Source: Hydrolagus colliei
Lineage: Eukaryota
DNA length: 64,000 nucleotides
Direction of reading: 5' to 3'
Assembly: GCA_035084275.1 (NCBI GenBank)
Contig: JAYJKW010000357.1
Coordinates: 124,001-188,000 of the forward strand
The first letter of the stretch is position 1; every line of letters begins with the position of its first letter. Shown here piece by piece: positions 61,836-64,000 of this stretch. Under the pieces are notes generated by a model. It searched no databases and was not told the DNA's origin. It saw only the letters and a list, made by a program, of their open reading frames with translations. A program made the position numbers and the translations under genes.

Positions 61836-62262
61836 AAAATAATTGTATAATAACAGTAATAGTCATTGTATTTCATTCTCGCATCTCATCGCATCTTCTA
61901 AACTTCTGAATGCGCTTCGCAGAATATATTGTGAAGGGAGTTAGCTGTATATTTGATGCTGGAAATTCAATAGACAATTGAGCCCAGTAGTTTCCCACAA
62001 ACAGTCATGGATTGAGTGATCAGATTTTTATTAGGCATAGCAGTATGAGAGAATATCACGATCAGTTTGCCAACAGTGCCAATTATGGTCCAAATCAATT
62101 TGTGGGACAATGTTGTGCGATATTTGCTGCTGCGTTTCACCCACAAAATATACAGACAGATCGCATTGCAGAATATTATGCCAAGCACATTGAGACGTCT
62201 CGCAGATGTGACAAGGCGCTATATTAAATGCAAGGATAGTTATTACTAAGCCACCTCAGTCA
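61836..62262. repeat. Head-to-head pair of SINE 3' halves, directly duplicated at 63557-64000
   Basis: First half is a minus-strand SINE tail and second half a plus-strand SINE tail; the same composite recurs ~1.72 kb downstream. Confidence 0.7.
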
Positions 62263-62384
62263 GCAGCTAATGTGATGAGCACAATGTAAATGGAAGCTGT
62301 TGGTACCCGAACGTTTGAAACCCGGGATATACTGCTGCATCTCCATTGTAAACATTTATTTATAATCGAAAGATTATAATCGTG

Positions 62385-63481
62385 TCCTACGAGCCTTGAG
62401 GTGGGTCCAGGGCTGATGCAGTCAGGGAGTCTGTTGTTAGAAGTCTATTTGGCTGTAATCACAATGAGCCCGACAGCTGATTGCCAGGAGGGAAGAAAGG
62501 GGTGGCTGAGAAAATGGCAAGGAATGCGACAATACAGGGAGGACATTGAGAGAAGAGAATCCAGTGGGAATATTGCAGGATCGGGATGGATGACTGGAGT
62601 ATGAGCTGTCATCTCAACATGAGGGAATGCAGCCAAGGTGTACAGACTGAGAATGGGAGCTGGGATCAGAAGATGGGCGTTGAATTGTCAAGTCACTCAA
62701 TATAGTGAAAAGGAGTAACCAGATAGTTGGACAGAGTAGCTGTTAATCTGGATGTTAAACGAAGTAAACAGATTTGAAACACAGGCCCTTTGGCTTACGT
62801 GACAAAGCGCTTGTCTCATAAGCAGGATATCCTGGGTTCAAATCCCAGCGGGGCATGTGTAACTGTGTTGGATCTTGTTCTCATTGGATGCTGAAAAACG
62901 TTAATAATGGTTAATGCAGAGAAACAAAACTGCAGGTTTGGGTGGCTGAGAAATTGCAGTGAAATCGTGAAAAATAAATATTATCCAAAAAAATTCACAT
63001 TCCGACAGAAATCTGATATCTGGGTGTCATTCCATGTGGAGGACTGCGTCTAACTCTGCAGTACAGGTTGGTTTTGGTCCCAATTGTTATTTCCGGTTGG
63101 ACATTAGTTGTGGTGAGGGCCTCTTGAACTCTGTGAACTTGTTTCACCCGCTCATGTGAGCTATGTTAATGTAAAAGTGTTGCTGTCACTTGGAAGCAAG
63201 AGATACTGTGCAGCTGTCGTGGGAGATTGCCTGTTCTTTTGCTGAAAAACAAAAAACAAGCAGTGAGTAAAGACATAGAACAATCTGTGATCGACTATCG
63301 TCAGCTGAAGGACGAGTGGCCTTGTCGTAACATTTTATTAATATCGCCTATTATGAGCGCATGTGGCTGTATAAGGCATCTAAAATTATAAATTGTAACC
63401 GAAAGTTTAACTAAACATATGGAAATTGTCATTGGTTTCTTAACCCAGATTCCCCTTTTGCCATATCCCGTTGCAATGTTT
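62385..63481 (+). repeat. Third, more diverged partial copy of the tRNA-Thr module (matches 57030-58134)
   Basis: Colinear direct match, e.g. tcaagtcactcaatatagtgaaa and ggttttggtcccaatt...ttccggttgg. Confidence 0.85.
62784..62856 (+). pseudogene. tRNA-Thr-derived gene with anticodon CAT
   Basis: Positional paralog of the two Thr-CGT genes; loop CTCATAA, intact T arm, mutated D loop and acceptor stem. Confidence 0.75.
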
Positions 63482-64000
63482 AATCATGAAGAAAACATAA
63501 CCATTCTGTAGTTGTATATCCATTTAATATCAAACAGCTTGCAGTTAAATCTCTGTAAAATAATTGTAACATAACAGTAACACTCTTGTGTTTCATTCTC
63601 GCATCTTACCATATGTCATTCGAACTGTTGAATGCGCTTTACAGAATACACTGTTAAGGGAGCTAGCTGTACATGTGGCGCTGGAAACGCAATAGAAAAT
63701 TGCACACAGCATTTTCTCACAAATAGTCATTGGTTGAGTCATCAAATTGTTATTAGAAATAGTAGTATGAGGGAATGTAATATGAGGGAAAGTCACGATC
63801 TGTTTGCCACGAGTGCCAATTACTGTCCAAATTAAGTTTGGGGAAAATGTGTGCGTTATTTGCTGCTGCATTTCACTCACACAATATACAGACAGATCAC
63901 ATTACATCATATTCTGTCAAGCACATTGAGAATTATCGACGATGTGACAAGGCGTAACATTAAATGCAAGGATAGTTATAACTAAGCGTCTCAGTCCAGG

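Noticed and set aside
1-64000. CRISPR arrays, operons or prokaryotic defence systems
   Set aside because: The sequence is clearly vertebrate (spliceosomal introns, LINEs and SINEs) and no repeat-spacer array is present.

Overview
Vertebrate genomic DNA, most likely a cartilaginous fish (chimaera/shark-like, inferred from the repeat content and gene families). The window is a repeat-rich tRNA cluster with 15 tRNA genes or pseudogenes: one fully canonical His-GTG, several near-intact copies, four with shifted anticodons, an intron-containing Ile-TAT and an unusual intron-containing Arg-TCG. Interleaved are an intact but divergent B3GALT2-like gene on the minus strand, two two-exon GPR139-like GPCR genes sharing a non-canonical GC-AG intron (one intact, one truncated after TM5), and a truncated NLR-like pseudogene with an N-terminal myristoylation motif. 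A ~4.5-kb Leu/Thr/Gln tRNA module is present as an inverted duplication (38.6-43.3 kb vs 56.4-60.7 kb) plus a partial third copy. Many CR1 and L2 LINE fragments, tRNA-derived SINEs, a Penelope remnant and microsatellites fill the rest. Most short ORFs in the supplied track are spurious. Family assignments rest on recalled motifs, not database searches, and repeat boundaries are approximate.
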